Assembly: GCA_043228905.1 (NCBI GenBank)
Contig: JBHGNT010000008.1
Span: forward strand, 22,010,001-22,074,000
DNA: 64,000 bases
Direction of reading: 5' to 3'
From: Azolla caroliniana
Lineage: Eukaryota; Plantae; Polypodiophyta
The translations under genes and the position numbers were made by a program. Shown piece by piece: positions 1-12,741 of the stretch (position 1 is the stretch's first letter; each line of letters opens with the position of its first letter). The notes under the pieces are model-generated. The model did not search any database. It worked only from the letters and a program-made list of their open reading frames with translations, and was not told the origin of the DNA.

Positions 1-917
1 AGAATCTAGCACCAATCAATCAAGTTGACACATGAGTCGGTTCTTCCTTGAAGGATTGTCGCAAACACAACACACAAGAAGTGGATGGGCTATGATGGTC
101 ACACCCTTGCACTATGATATAACCATGTAAATATTTGGAGAGCTAGGTGAATAGTTAATCATACCAACAGATAAACAATATAATTATTTATGTAATTGAT
201 TGTGTTGTGTGTGTGAGAATCAAGATAAGAGATAGAGAAGTTAATACAATTATACCAAAGACAATTAAGTATGTTGAATGAGGATATACAATGCTAACAA
301 AATGGAGAGAGTTGTGTTATCACTTAATTACAACTACTTTGTCCATTTAGTTGTGGATCTACATAGGACATAGTTTAATTATATGACCTAATAGTTACAT
401 CGCAAGGATTTTAATGCATACACTACTCATCTAATAAGATAAAATGGATAGTTGAGCCATATATGTGCACTGGGGTCTTGCACACATTGACCCTGATATC
501 TCAACACATCTTCAAGTTCAAGTGTGCCATATCATCAAGTAGTTGACAACTCGGATCCCTTTTGCTCATTATTGCAGTATATCTCAAGCTCCACAAGCCA
601 AGAACATGTAGGTTGAACATCATTGAAAATTGTCCAAGATTTTCTAATCCAATAGCTTTGAACTATTGAGCTTGATATCTCAACACCTACTCAACCTTGA
701 CGTGGGTTGGCAACATCACATAGTGTGCTTCACGTTAGATTAAAAGTAAATGACAAAATCATAAAACTTTTTTTTAAATAACAAAATGTGAATGTATATC
801 ATGACAAGGTCATCCTTGATGGTAACATAGAAACGAGGTCACCGTCATGTTGTTGGTTGTTAGTCATCCAACGTAGGACTTCAATATATTTATAAGATAG
901 ATATAAGTAGGGATGTA

Positions 918-1352
918 TGTTGAGATACAAGCTCAACATTGGCCGGATCGGCTGTGCAAGCCAAGAACAAGAACTGGATCGGTTAGGCTAGATGGGTGCG
1001 TAAAATGGGTGTGTAAACTGTTACGCAAACTGGTGCGTAACGAGAAGCCATAGCGGTGCGTAAACCGTGAGGCCGTTGGAAAGATATTCTGCGTAGGAAT
1101 ATATTTTTGGGAGTTAGCGTAGAGCTTAGTTATGAGCATTGAAGTACGTGTCAGTACTTCTGTCAGTCCGTATGGACTTGTATGAAAGTGCTCACCGAGC
1201 ACATTCTATGTACAGATTGAGTATTATTTTTGAAATTAGTTTCTATGTGTTCTCTTTGTCTCTCCCGCGTACTGTGTATATTCAAGCTCTCCATTGAACC
1301 TGCCTATTTTTTGTGTTCGGTTTTCTATTGCTTCTGCACATAATCTTTTACA
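918..1352 (+). repeat. Copia-1 5' LTR
   Basis: TG...CA termini; repeated at 5635-6078; followed directly by PBS. Confidence 0.95.
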
Positions 1353-1364
1353 TGGTATCAGAGC
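1353..1364 (+). promoter_or_regulatory. PBS for tRNA-iMet (Copia-1)
   Basis: TGGTATCAGAGC immediately after the LTR. Confidence 0.95.
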
Positions 1365-1442
1365 GCGAGGGTTGAGAACCTCTGCAGCCCCAGCCGACAT
1401 AGCTTGAAAAGAAAACTAACCAAGAAGAACAAAAAAAAACAA

Positions 1443-4400
1443 ATGGATAGAGGCATGGCTAGCTCTCTTCCTACCGAGAAGCTCGATAGGAACAACTACG
1501 TGTCTTGGTCCTACAAGATGCACCAGTACCTGCTCGGGCACGGTTACTGGAGCTATGTTGATGGAGCAAATGACACAGCACCCGAATCGACACACAGAGA
1601 TTTCCCGGTGTGGGAATAGTCGGCGAGCAGAGTACTGTACTGCTTCACGTTTTGTGTGGGCAAACAACTCCTAAGCTACATTCCGGATGCAAAAACGCCA
1701 AAAGATGCTTGGGGAAATCTGAAGAAGATTTTCGCCGCAAGCACTACAACCAAAAAGCTTCAACTCCGACAGGAGCTGAGCAACCTACGACAACGTGATT
1801 TGTTGGTGGTTGATTACACCTCGAAGATCAAAGATATATGCGACTCCTTAGCTTCCATCGATGTGAACGTTGAGGAAGGCGAGATGGTGCAGATCTATCT
1901 CGGGGGACTGGCGTCAAAGTTCGGAGTGTTCCGAACTGCTGTGTGTACACAGGAGAATACGCCGTCATTTTTCGACTTACAATCGATGGTCCTTATAGAG
2001 GAGAACCACGCATGCCGATAGCAAGATGCTGTACACGGAGGGAGATAGACCCCGTGGTCGTGGCGGACGAGGCGAGTTGGTGCGCAATGGGGGCGGCCGA
2101 CGGGATCAAGGAAGAAGGCATCGAAGTGATGCCGATAGAAATTTCGGACCCTTCGAAAATAGGCGGAGTCGAGGCGACGAGAACCAGCAAGGGAAATCTG
2201 TCGCGGAATGCTGGTATTGTGGCAAAAAGGGCCGCAAGGAGAGCGAATGTTGGAAGAAGCGTGCTGATTTGGAGAGGACCGGATCCGGATCAGGTTCCGG
2301 ACAGACCGACAAAGGAAATCGGCAGCGATCGCACTACGCCGAAGGATCCGGAAAAGCCGGAAAAGGGTCGCCCTTTGTGACGAGACACGAAGCGAACTCG
2401 ATGAAGATGTCCACCCCAAAATCGGACAAGGTGTGGTACATCGACTCCGGCGCGTCAAACCACATGACGTGCCACAAGCAGTGGTTCTTGTACCTAAGAA
2501 AAGTCGATTCGGATATCGACTTATAGCACAAGTGGATAGGCCACGCCAACTATCAACGGCTTCAGGACCTGCAATCGAAACAAGTAGTGTTCGGATTGCC
2601 CAAATTTAGTGGCTGAAAGGCGCAAATTTGTGAAGCCTGCCAGCTAGGGAAGCAACAACGACTTCCTTTCCCTAATGAGCATAACCGGAGCTGGAACAAG
2701 CTCGACTTGGTACATTCCGATGTATGGGGGCCGACACAGAATGTTAGTCTTGGCGGGAGTCGATATTTTGTCTCCTTCATCGACGACTATATGCGGCACA
2801 CGTGGATCTACCTCATCGAGAAGAAGAGTGAAGTCTTCGACTGTTTTCGGGACCTCAAAGGGTTTGTGGAAACAGAAACAGGATGAAAGATCAAGTGCTT
2901 GCGGTCGGATGGTGGAAAAGAATACTTTTCCGGTCAATTCAACGGCTATCTGCAACAGATAGGAATTCGGTGCGATTTCAGTTGTAGATACACGCCGGAG
3001 CAAAATAGCATGGCCGAGAGGAAGAACCGATCAATTGTAGAAGCGGCACGGGCAATGCTGGAGGAGAAGAGCTTGCCCAAGTTTTATTGGGCCGAGGCGG
3101 TACGAACCGCAGTATACATCCAAAATCAGATCAGAGACAAAGTGTCGGCGCATGAGCAGTATTTCGGAAGGAAGTTGAATCTACGACACTTGAGAGTTTT
3201 TGGTAGCATTGCGTATGTGCATGTACCGAAGGACAAACAGAGGAAGTTGGATGCGAAAGACAATAAGTGTATATTAGTCGGCTACTCGGACGAGCATAAG
3301 GGTTATAAGCGTTATAACCCTCGCACCAAACAAGCGTGCGTGAGCCGTGACGTTGTGTTTGACTAGTCCGCGTCCTGGTACTTGCCCCCGACTCCGGACC
3401 TCACCTCAAATCCGAGTTCTAACGATGAGGTCAGCGAGGCTGAGATACCTCCGGATGAGCCTGAAATCGGGACCCACGAAGAGAGTCTGATTTCGTTTCG
3501 GTTACGCGGACCGGATGGACGATTGAGTCGGTTCGACCAGTCTGATGAAGATTCGGTTAGTTGAGACTTGGCTGTGCATTCCCCGTGCAGGAAGCCGAGG
3601 AGATGGCTTACGCGCAAAGAAAAAGGGAAGAAGAAGGTGTCGGATTACGACACGGATAGGAACGAGTCGAATCGACGCGAGTCCAACTCCGAGGGAAGGG
3701 ACGACAGGTCTTCGAGACAAAAGTCCACATCGGCCAAGAAAGCCTCAATTTCGGCTAATGAGCAATTGCGCCGATCAACACACCAGAAGAACCCTGTTGT
3801 GCGGTTCGGTTACAACGAGTACATGGCACATCATTATGCGTACATGACACGTGTAGAGGAAGTGCGTGAGCTGGAGAGCTACGCAGAAGCCGCGAAGGAC
3901 GCGAAGGACGCGAATTGGCGTGCCGCAATGGAGGAAGAGATGCGCGCGTTGGTGGAGAATGAAACCTTGGACCTGGTTGACGCACCAAAAGGTGTGAAGC
4001 CGATCGGATGTAGGTGGGTGTATAAGGTGTAATACAACACTGATGGCTTTGTCAACCGCTACAAGGCCCGGTTAGTAGCAAAAGGCTACGCGTAGAACAC
4101 AGTGTGACCTATGACGAGACCTTCGCGCCTGTCGCGAAGATGACTACCATGTGAGTCCTGCTAGCCGTAGCTATGACCAAGGGGTGGCACTTACATCAGA
4201 TGGATGTAAAGAATGCGTTCTTGCAAGGTGAGCTTGAGGAACAGGTGTACATGGTACAACCCCCCAGATTTCACTCCGGAATGAACACTTCGGCGATGTG
4301 CCGATTGAAGAAGTCCCTTTACAGACTAAAGCAAGCCCTGCGTGCCTGGAATGCAAAGATCACGCAACGATTGCGTCGGTTGGGCTTTACGACGTCAAAA

Positions 4401-5230
4401 TCGGACTCCTCACTGTTTACCCGGAAAGGACGACTCAGGCCGGTTAGTATTTTACTTTATGTTGATGACTTGGTCATCACCGGCGCCGAACTTGGTGAAA
4501 TTCACCGCGTCAAGCTCCAGCTTGCGGCATCATTTGACATGAAGGACCTAGGGGACCTTCATTACTTCCTTGGGATCGAAGTGATCTGCACCCCTGAAGG
4601 CATACTGATCAGCCAACAACATTACGTGCTGAGTATGCTCTTCAAATTCGGGATGGCCGACTGTAAGTTCGTCTTGACTCCTCTGGATAGAACCGTCAAG
4701 CTTCGCCCCGATTTGAGAAAGGTGTGCGACCCGACGAGGTTCCGACAGATAGTCGGAAGCCTTATATACTTGACCATCACCCGACCAGATCTCAGCTACC
4801 CGGTCGGGGTGATCAGTTAGTTCATGGCACGACCGATCGAGGAGCACCTTCAGTGCGCACAACGAGTACTCTGATACGTCAGTGGCACTAAGGACCGAGG
4901 GCTACTGTATTGGGCCGATACTGCCGCGCAATTGGTCGGTTACACCGATGCTGATTGGGCCAGAAACGTTGGTGATCGCCGATCCACGTCCGGTTTCGCA
5001 TTCTCTCTTGGGAGTGTTGCGATCACGTGGAGTAGCAAGAAGCAACCGACAGTTGCGTTGTCGAGCACTGAAGCCGAGTATAGAGGAGCGGTTGTCGCAA
5101 CATGCGAAGCCATATGGTTGAAGTGATTGCTTAACGATCTGCATGTGGAGGTATCTGATCCAACGACAATCTATTGCGACAACCTCAGCAACATCCAGCT
5201 ATCAAAGAACCTCGGCTTCCACACTCGGAG
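1443..5230 (+). pseudogene. Copia-1 gag-pol, with stops, frameshifts and deletions
   Basis: Gag (EKLDRNNYVSWSYKM), degenerate zinc knuckle CWYCGKKG, protease WYIDSGASNHM, integrase RSDGGKEYF/YTPEQN, RT QMDVKNAFLQG/LLYVDD, RH GYTDADWA/ALSSTEAEY. Confidence 0.95.
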
Positions 5231-5625
5231 CCGAAGAAAGCGGACATAAGGGGAGCAGTTGAAAGAAAGAGCCGAAGCCAACCAAGCTTGGGGGAGATGA
5301 AGCCATCAAGGACGAGAAGACTGAAGACGAGTTGGAGACAGCCAACTCAGACGAGAGTGAAAACCGATTGGAGGAAGCCAAGTCGGTTCGGATGTTTGAT
5401 TCGGATACGTTGAATCAACCAAGGGCCAAGCAGAAGAGAAGGCAACAGAAGAGGTGCCAACACCGCAACAACAAGGAAGCTAAGAAGGGCCATGTGAGCA
5501 GACAAGCTGACCGGAAGGGTCAAGGCGCGCAGAATCTAACAGGTCAAGGAGTGCGAGCGAGGTGTGAAGCCAAAAGGAACCGGAGCGCAGACCCAGAAGA
5601 GCAGATCGAACCTCAAGTTGAGCTT

Positions 5626-5634
5626 GAGGGGGAG
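5626..5634 (+). promoter_or_regulatory. PPT (Copia-1)
   Basis: GAGGGGGAG abutting the 3' LTR. Confidence 0.9.
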
Positions 5635-6078
5635 TGTTGAGATACAAGCTCAACATTGGCCAGATCAGCCGTGCAAGCCGAGAACCGGATCGGTTGGAGC
5701 CGATCGGTTAGGCCGGACCGATGTGTAAAATGGGTGTGTAAACCGTTACGCAAACCAGTGCGTAACGAGAAGTCGTAGCGGTGCATAAACCGTGAGGACG
5801 TTGGAAAGATATTCCACGTAGGAATATATTTTTGGGAGTTAGCTTAGAGCTCAGTTATGAGCATTGAAGTACGTGTCAGTACTTTTGTCAGTCCGTATGG
5901 ACTTGTATAAAAGTGCTCACTAAGCACATTCTATGTACAGATTGAGTATTATTTTTTGAAATTAGTTTCTGTGTGTTCTCTCTATCTCTCTCGCGTACTG
6001 TGTATATTCAAGCTCTCCATTGAACCTGCCTATTTTCTGTGTTCGGTTTTCTATTGCTTCCGCACATAATCTTTTACA
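5635..6078 (+). repeat. Copia-1 3' LTR
   Basis: Repeat of 918-1352; followed by TSD ATGTA. Confidence 0.95.
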
Positions 6079-8339
6079 ATGTACAAAGGGGAAATGGGCA
6101 TCTTGATAAATGATATTACCTATAACTCTTAAATAGGGAATAACAAAGTCTAAGGCCCACTTATGGGCATTTTAAGAGGAAGGAGGAAAATGCATTTAGT
6201 GCTTTTCGTAAAGAAAGGTAGTTCTAGAGAACGTTGCCCATGTGTATGCTACTTGAGCAAGAGCACCTAGGACCAAAACCAGGGAATATGCTTTGCTACT
6301 TGTAGAGAGAATTTGAACAATCACCATTTTGTACTTGGTGGGCCAACAAGGTGCTTATTTTCTATCTGCTTGCGTGTTCAGAATTTGCAGCACTCATATG
6401 GCGTATTACTCCCATGTGCTCTTCTTATAGGTTCAACTCATGCATTCAATTTGTGTCCCTCCGTGTGTTGCCTTCATGTGGTCGGTTTGTCTCATGTGGT
6501 TCCCTTGGGTGTTGGTTTTGTGTGGCAGGTCTCAAATCTTTGCATGTTGCCCTTTGGCGTTGGTGTCATGTGGTAGGTCAACTTTTTCGTGTTGCCCTTT
6601 GGTATTGGTCTCGTGTGGTTGGCTCAAGGAATCAACCATTCATGAGTTGGGCTTGGGGGTTTGATTTTTCCGTTGTTGTGATGTGGTAGGTCCAAGGGTA
6701 AAATGAGACAAAAACAAATTAATTACATACAAAAAATTAAATTAAATTAAAAAGCCAAATGGTTAAGGTTATCCATTGTACAAGGAAAGGTTAAGGATTA
6801 GAATCTTGGTCAATGTGGGAATGGAAGGAATCAATCCCCTTTACAAAAGAGGTAGGATGGTTTAGTAGGGTGCTTTATATTGGGTTTTTGTTTTGAGTTT
6901 CGAGAGGAGCTTTTTCTTCTCTCTAGGTATTAGGGTTAGGGTTTAGGCAAGAGAGTATAGTTGGGATGCTTCTCCACTATATTCTTGATCTCTGTCTTCT
7001 TTTGGGTTTTCATCTTCCTTGTTTTTTAAGGTTATTGTACGGTTTCTGGACGTTGAGTGGGAAAGTGGATATTGGGCCACTTCTTGTTTCTTTAGGGGTT
7101 GGATTTAGGGCTCATTGGTTTGTTTGATGGAAGTCAAAAGAGGGTGGTTATCGAATGTTTTGGAAGGAAGTTAAAAGGTGTCTAGTCCTTGCATCAACAA
7201 GAGGCCAGCCTTGCCGAAACGCGAGAGAACTATTCATTTCCTTGGCATTAACTTGAAATTTCTCCTAATCTTGCTTTTTCTCAATGCCCTATGTAAGAAA
7301 AAAGGGGGTTTTCTTGTTGTACCCTAGCACTAAACATCGTCCTTAATCTAATATTCGTTGTAATAAAAAGTTGTTAGTCTTAATAATTGATTATCTCATC
7401 ATATTACCATGCCAAATAGATGAAAGGAAGACGTTGACTAGCAGCTTCGTCGAGAGAGAACACTCAAAAAGCCGTCAAAGGGAATGCATGAGCACATTTT
7501 CAAATCCATGTGTGCTCGTTCATTATGCAAATGGATTCCACGGGATTGCTCAAAGGCAGTCCTCGATGGGTTTACATAAAGCCATTCTGGAGGTTATTCC
7601 ATGAGAGAAATCCATGAAGGGATTGCATGAAGACAACGGACAAAGTGGGGGATCACATGAAGGCAATCCTTCAAGGGTTTACACAAGGTCATTCAATGAT
7701 GGCAATCCACAAGACAAACCTACTAAAGGAGCCCATGAAAGGGTGAGCCCATTACAAGTACCTATCCAACAACATCATGTCCTCCCTAGTATAAATCCTT
7801 GTGGTCGTTTTTGAGTAGCACATGCATGCACATTTATGCAGTAACGTGTTGGCTCATGGCTCGTCCTTCGAGTGATGTTTAAACTCATGTCGTGCTTTGG
7901 GGTCATGTGAGTGTTCAAGCCCATACCATGCTTTAGGTTCACGTGCTTGACCTCATGCATTCATCTTTGCAACAATCTTAGAAGCGTACAATCAACAAAG
8001 AACCCAGTGTTACATTAATGGAAGAGCCACATTGAGGTGCACTATTACATCCAAGAGTGGATCATACCTAGATGATCGTCAAAATATCTAGAACCAACAT
8101 GAACCATTAATATTTTTACCGAAATGCTTAGAGCAAACGAGTTGGGCCTTGTCCCCTTTACCTGTCAAACTTGTGGGGGAGTGTAGAAACTATCTAAAGT
8201 GATCCAATCTCGTCAACCACTTGATGATATATGAATATGGCTCGCTGCCTTTGTTGACAACCATGAACCCCTCCCGAGGGCAAGAGACCTACCCTACCCC
8301 CTCAAGGTCTTAGTCTTTGACCCCTTCATTCTTGCATCA

Positions 8340-8440
8340 TACTCAAGTTCTTTGAGCCATTCATTCTTGCATTTATGCAAGTGTTTTTGGATAATTCCAT
8401 TGTCTTTGGAGAGGAAAGTGACCACTTACAGCATTCTGCC
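8340..8440 (+). pseudogene. Small, highly decayed Gypsy RT relic
   Basis: MQVFLDNSIVFGEESDHLQH resembles FMQVFLDDFAVYSREEDHFQH in the RT of element D. Confidence 0.55.
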
Positions 8441-8528
8441 CATGACAAAGGAGATGAAAAGGACCACTTTACTGATATTCAGACTGAATTTACCATGATC
8501 AATGGGGAAAGCTCCACATGCCAATTTC

Positions 8529-8983
8529 TATTAGAGATATGCCCTAATGTAAGCATATGATAAGGATAACAGATAGATAGATAGAAAGGAGAGAGAGAGA
8601 AAGAAGGGTGTCGATCCACCCAACCACCCCCGAGCGAAGGGATCGAGACAGACTCGAGCCTCGATTGACGTCCCATTCCACCATTGTGGCGTCAAGTCAT
8701 ACCTAGTGCTGGCGCACTTGCTACAAGAGTTGACCCACCACAAGAACAAAGTCTCGACGTAGTCAAAAGATGATGAAATGAGGGTAGCTCGGCCCCTTAT
8801 TTATAGCGATACCCAAGGCCCTCGGGCAAGTTCACACTTGGCCTAATGGGTTGTCTCAATCCTGAGGATTAAAAGTAATCCTCCCCTTCTTTACACTCTC
8901 GTTTAACCCTCACACTTATCCACGTGTATAGAATACTACGGTAAATTCTCACCACGGGATATTATATGGTCATGCCCGTAACA
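8529..8983 (-). repeat. Chromovirus A 3' LTR
   Basis: Repeat of 63499-63926; PPT AGAGGGGGAGTA on the minus strand at 8984-8995. Confidence 0.92.
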
Positions 8984-11900
8984 TACTCCCCCTCTTTAAA
9001 ACATTGCACTCTTGCAATGGAAAGTTAGAGAAGTTAGTTCTGAGAGTATTTTCGCGTTCCCATGTGGCATCTTTTATTGATTTATCCATCCATTTTATTT
9101 TAAATTCTCGGATTTCTTTAGTACATAATTTTTTTGTTTTAACGTTGAGAATTCTTTCTCGTACATGAGGTTTAGAAGATAATTCTTTAGAAGTAACCAG
9201 AGTTTCAGTTGTAACTGTATTGTCGCCAGAACCTAGAAGTTCTTTTAGACGACTCACATGAAAAACTGGATGAATTTCAACACCATCGAGAAGAGCGAGA
9301 TGATAGGCTGATGACCCAATGCATTTGAGGACTGTAAAAGGTCCACAAAACCATGGGGCTAACTTAGTGCATTTACCCTTAGACAATGTCTTAGAATTGT
9401 GAGGTACACGTAAAAATACCTTCTGTCCAGGGTTGAATACACGAGGTTGCCTATGATGATCGGCATAAAAACGCACTCTATCTTGAGCTGTTTTTATATT
9501 ATCTCGTGCAACATCCAACATATCTTGCATATCTCGAAGAAAGTTTTGCGTACTTCGCATCTCATCATGATGTATATTAATTAACATCAATCGGGGCTCG
9601 TGGTTGAAAACCATACATCAACATAAAAGGACTATATCCCGTCGATGTATGCTTGGAGCTGTTATAAGCAAACTCCAAATTTGGGAGATAACGTTCCCAT
9701 TTTGTTGGTTTTGCACCAACATATGCTCGAAGCATGTCCTCAATAATTTGATTTACTCATTCTGTCTGTCCATCGGATTGAGGATGATCCGTGGAGCTCA
9801 TGCTCAATGTAGTTTCTAACTTCTTAAAGACTTGCGTCTAGAAGTCACTAGTAAACTTTGGGTCTCGATCACTCACGATATCCATCGGTAACCCATAAAA
9901 ACAAAATAACTCGTCAACAAATTGGTAAGCCAATTCAGGAGTTGTTACCGTGGTTTTAGTAGCAATAAATCTGGCCATTTTAGTTAGTCTATCAACCACA
10001 ACCCATATGGCATCATGGCATTTTTGGCTGCGAGGAAGGCTAACAATAAAATCCATGGATATACTTTCCCACTTATTATTGGGAATGTCCAAGGGATGTA
10101 AAAGTCATGCGACTTTAAGTCGTTCGGCTTTGTTAACCTGACATTGTTGACATTTAGTCACATAGCTATATATGTTAGGACGCATCTTAGGCCAATAGAA
10201 TTGAGTGGAGATGAGAACGAGTGTACGATGTATTCCAGGGTGCCCCGCAGAGGGTGCATCATGGCATTCAAAAAGAATTCTCTTTTTGACCTTAGGCAAA
10301 TCTGGAACACAAACCTTCCCATTACGGTAGAGCAAACCGTTAACAATGTGGAAGTATTCCTTCGAGGATGTGGTGGTGTCTATTCCAGACTCAACTCTTA
10401 CCCAATATTTTGCAAAATAATTGTCATCAAGATACTTTCCTCGAAGGTGATCATAAAGATCTGATGTTATTTCAGTGAAGCTAAGCATGTTAACTTCACG
10501 GATGCAACTTAGTGCATCAGCGACAGTGTTCATGGAACCTTTACGATATTGTATGGAAAAATCAAAGTCCTGGATGAGATCAACCATCGTGCCTTACGAC
10601 CTTTTAGGTCTTGTTGGTCACAAAAATATTTTAAGGACTCGTGGTCTGTAGTTACCACAAGTGATTTCCATAAAGATAATGGCGCCATGTTTTGAGCGCA
10701 TGTATAACTTCAAATAATTCCTTTTCTTGAACGGTATACCGACATTGAGCGGAATCAAGTTTCTTACTCTCGAATTCTATTGGTTTACCATCTTGATATA
10801 AGACAACACCTATAGCATAATCGCTTGCATTGGTTTCAACCTCAAAAGGTTTTGAAGGATCATGTAAAAGAAGTGAAGGAACCTTGCACACCAGGTCCTT
10901 GAGTTCCTTAAAGGCGAGGTCTAGTGTAGCATTCCAGACAATAGGTTTTGTAGACTTACGTGTTTGACCTTTTAGAAGATCAGTAAATGACGTCGTCAAT
11001 TGGGAGTAATTACGAAGGGATTTTTGCAAAAACCCGACAAAACCAAGGAATGATCGAACTTCTCGAATATACCGAAGAGTGTGTCAAAGCTTGATTTTCT
11101 CGATGCGAGAAGGATCAATTTCAACTCCTCGTTCGGTTATGAGATGTCCAAGATAAGTAATTGATTTCTTGAAGAACTCACATTTTGAGATCTTCACATA
11201 AAACTGTTTGTCACGCAATGTTTGTAAAACAAAGCATACATGTTTAGCATGTTCTTGTAATGTACGGCTATAAACTAAAATATCATCCAAGAAAATAACG
11301 AAAAAATTTCCAAGTTGTTCTCAGAAAATGTCATTCATTTCTTGTTGAAATGTAGCTAGAGCATTGGTCAAACCAAAAGGCATAACCAAAAACTCATAAT
11401 GGCCATAGCGTGTACGAAATGTCATTTTAGGAACATCGTCCTCACTTATACGAATTTGATGGTAGCCAGTACGGAGATCAAGTTTCGTAAAATACCGAGC
11501 TCCCTGGAGACTGTCAATTAGATCGTCAACCTGGGGCAATGGATACGAATTCTTGATCGTCACTTTATTCAAGCATCGGTAATTAATACACATACGCCAT
11601 GTGCCCTCTTTCTTTTTAACCAAGAGAACTGGTGCACCCAATGAAGATTTACTATAACGTATATAACCCATTCGTAAATAGTCCTTGAGTTGCTTTGATA
11701 CCTCATCCTCTTTAGATCGACTTAAGCGATAAGGAGGTATACTTATTAGTGCAACACCAGGTACAATATCTATACGATGGTCTATATTACGTTTAGGAGG
11801 TAACCCATCTGGTAGTTCACTCGCAAAAACATCACGAAAATCATTTAAGATTTCATCAAGTTGTTGTTGTTCAAAATATGTTAATTGAACCGAGACATTA

Positions 11901-12022
11901 TCGATCTTGTAAACGTGAATGTCTGTATCAAGTACACAATAAAATAGAGTAGAACAAGACAACTCGGATATTGATGGAGAGGAAACAATCGAGAGGGATT
12001 GTTTTTTTACACATTGAATAAA
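8970..12022 (-). pseudogene. A pol: RT-RNaseH-integrase-chromodomain, decayed
   Basis: [64 protein letters not shown] motif, C-terminal chromodomain-like ERILNVK...FKIKW...DATWE. Confidence 0.95.
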
Positions 12023-12458
12023 TGTTACCAATTAGGAACACGGACTGCGGTCAATCCTTCGACCTAGACCTCCAAGTGGTTGTGGAACAACGAATGGGGC
12101 GTCTATGTGTAATGCGTAGGGGAATGTTCCCCATAACCTATCAGCGTATAAGGGAAACGGTTACAACCGACTCCTTAGCAATGGTTACACTTACGTTTTT
12201 ACACGCTCTAGTATTCCAGACACACAGTAGATTAGCCGGAGCTATACACAGACTTTCAGAGAAGATAGAATTCTATTATGATAAACTTCTTTACAATTCC
12301 AATTACACGCTCCTTCTATCGGAGGTTTTCTGCCCTTTATATACACAGGGTCTATTTAGCCGTTCACGCTTCCTGCGTGAACCGTTACATGCGTTTGATC
12401 TTATATTATTTCTTATTCCTACACTCTTGTCTGTCAGTTACTATTCTGGTGGACAACA
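12023..12458 (-). repeat. B 3' LTR
   Basis: Matches 28475-28657 joined to 34050-34303; TATA-like TATATAAA on the minus strand at 12336-12343. Confidence 0.93.
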
Positions 12459-12460
12459 CC

Positions 12461-12477
12461 TGGCACGCCTATGGGAC
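12461..12477 (+). promoter_or_regulatory. tRNA-Arg-type PBS antisense to gag-pol, at the expected PPT position of B
   Basis: TGGCACGCCTATGGGAC 2 nt inside the LTR; no purine tract present. Confidence 0.75.
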
Positions 12478-12741
12478 AGTGCCCTGGCACGTCGGACCCA
12501 TCCCGTTAATCTTCTTCCAAAATGGCCCAGATGTTTGGCTCTGCTATGGTGTCCGCATCCGGAGGCGATGTAGGGCCCGTAGGTGCATCGTGGTGTGGCT
12601 CCCCTGTTTGGTCGGAAAGGTTTCTCTAGGTGTCGTAGTCGTCGTGTGTGGGCGGTTCGGGTTCGGTGGGCTCTTCTTGAGCTAGTGGGTTGGGCTCTGC
12701 CATCGTCGTGCTTGCGGTCGGTCGCGGCTCTGTCTCAATCG

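Larger units (their letters stand above)
918..6078 (+). mobile_element. Ty1/Copia LTR retrotransposon (Copia-1), both LTRs present, coding region decayed
   Basis: Direct-repeat LTRs TGTTGAGA...TTTTACA at 918-1352 and 5635-6078; TSD ATGTA at 913-917 and 6079-6083; PBS and PPT present; domain order gag-PR-IN-RT-RH. Confidence 0.97.

Noticed and set aside
1-912. AT-rich DNA with short recurring TATCTCAA motifs
   Set aside because: Too degenerate to assign; no ORF or termini
6313-6689. Overlapping hydrophobic ORFs as a membrane-protein gene
   Set aside because: GT-rich low-complexity DNA open in all three frames, with no recognisable motif
7372-8014. Possible old solo LTR (TG...CA bounded, TATA-like near 7790)
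   Set aside because: No second copy, TSD or convincing PBS; cannot be supported from this window
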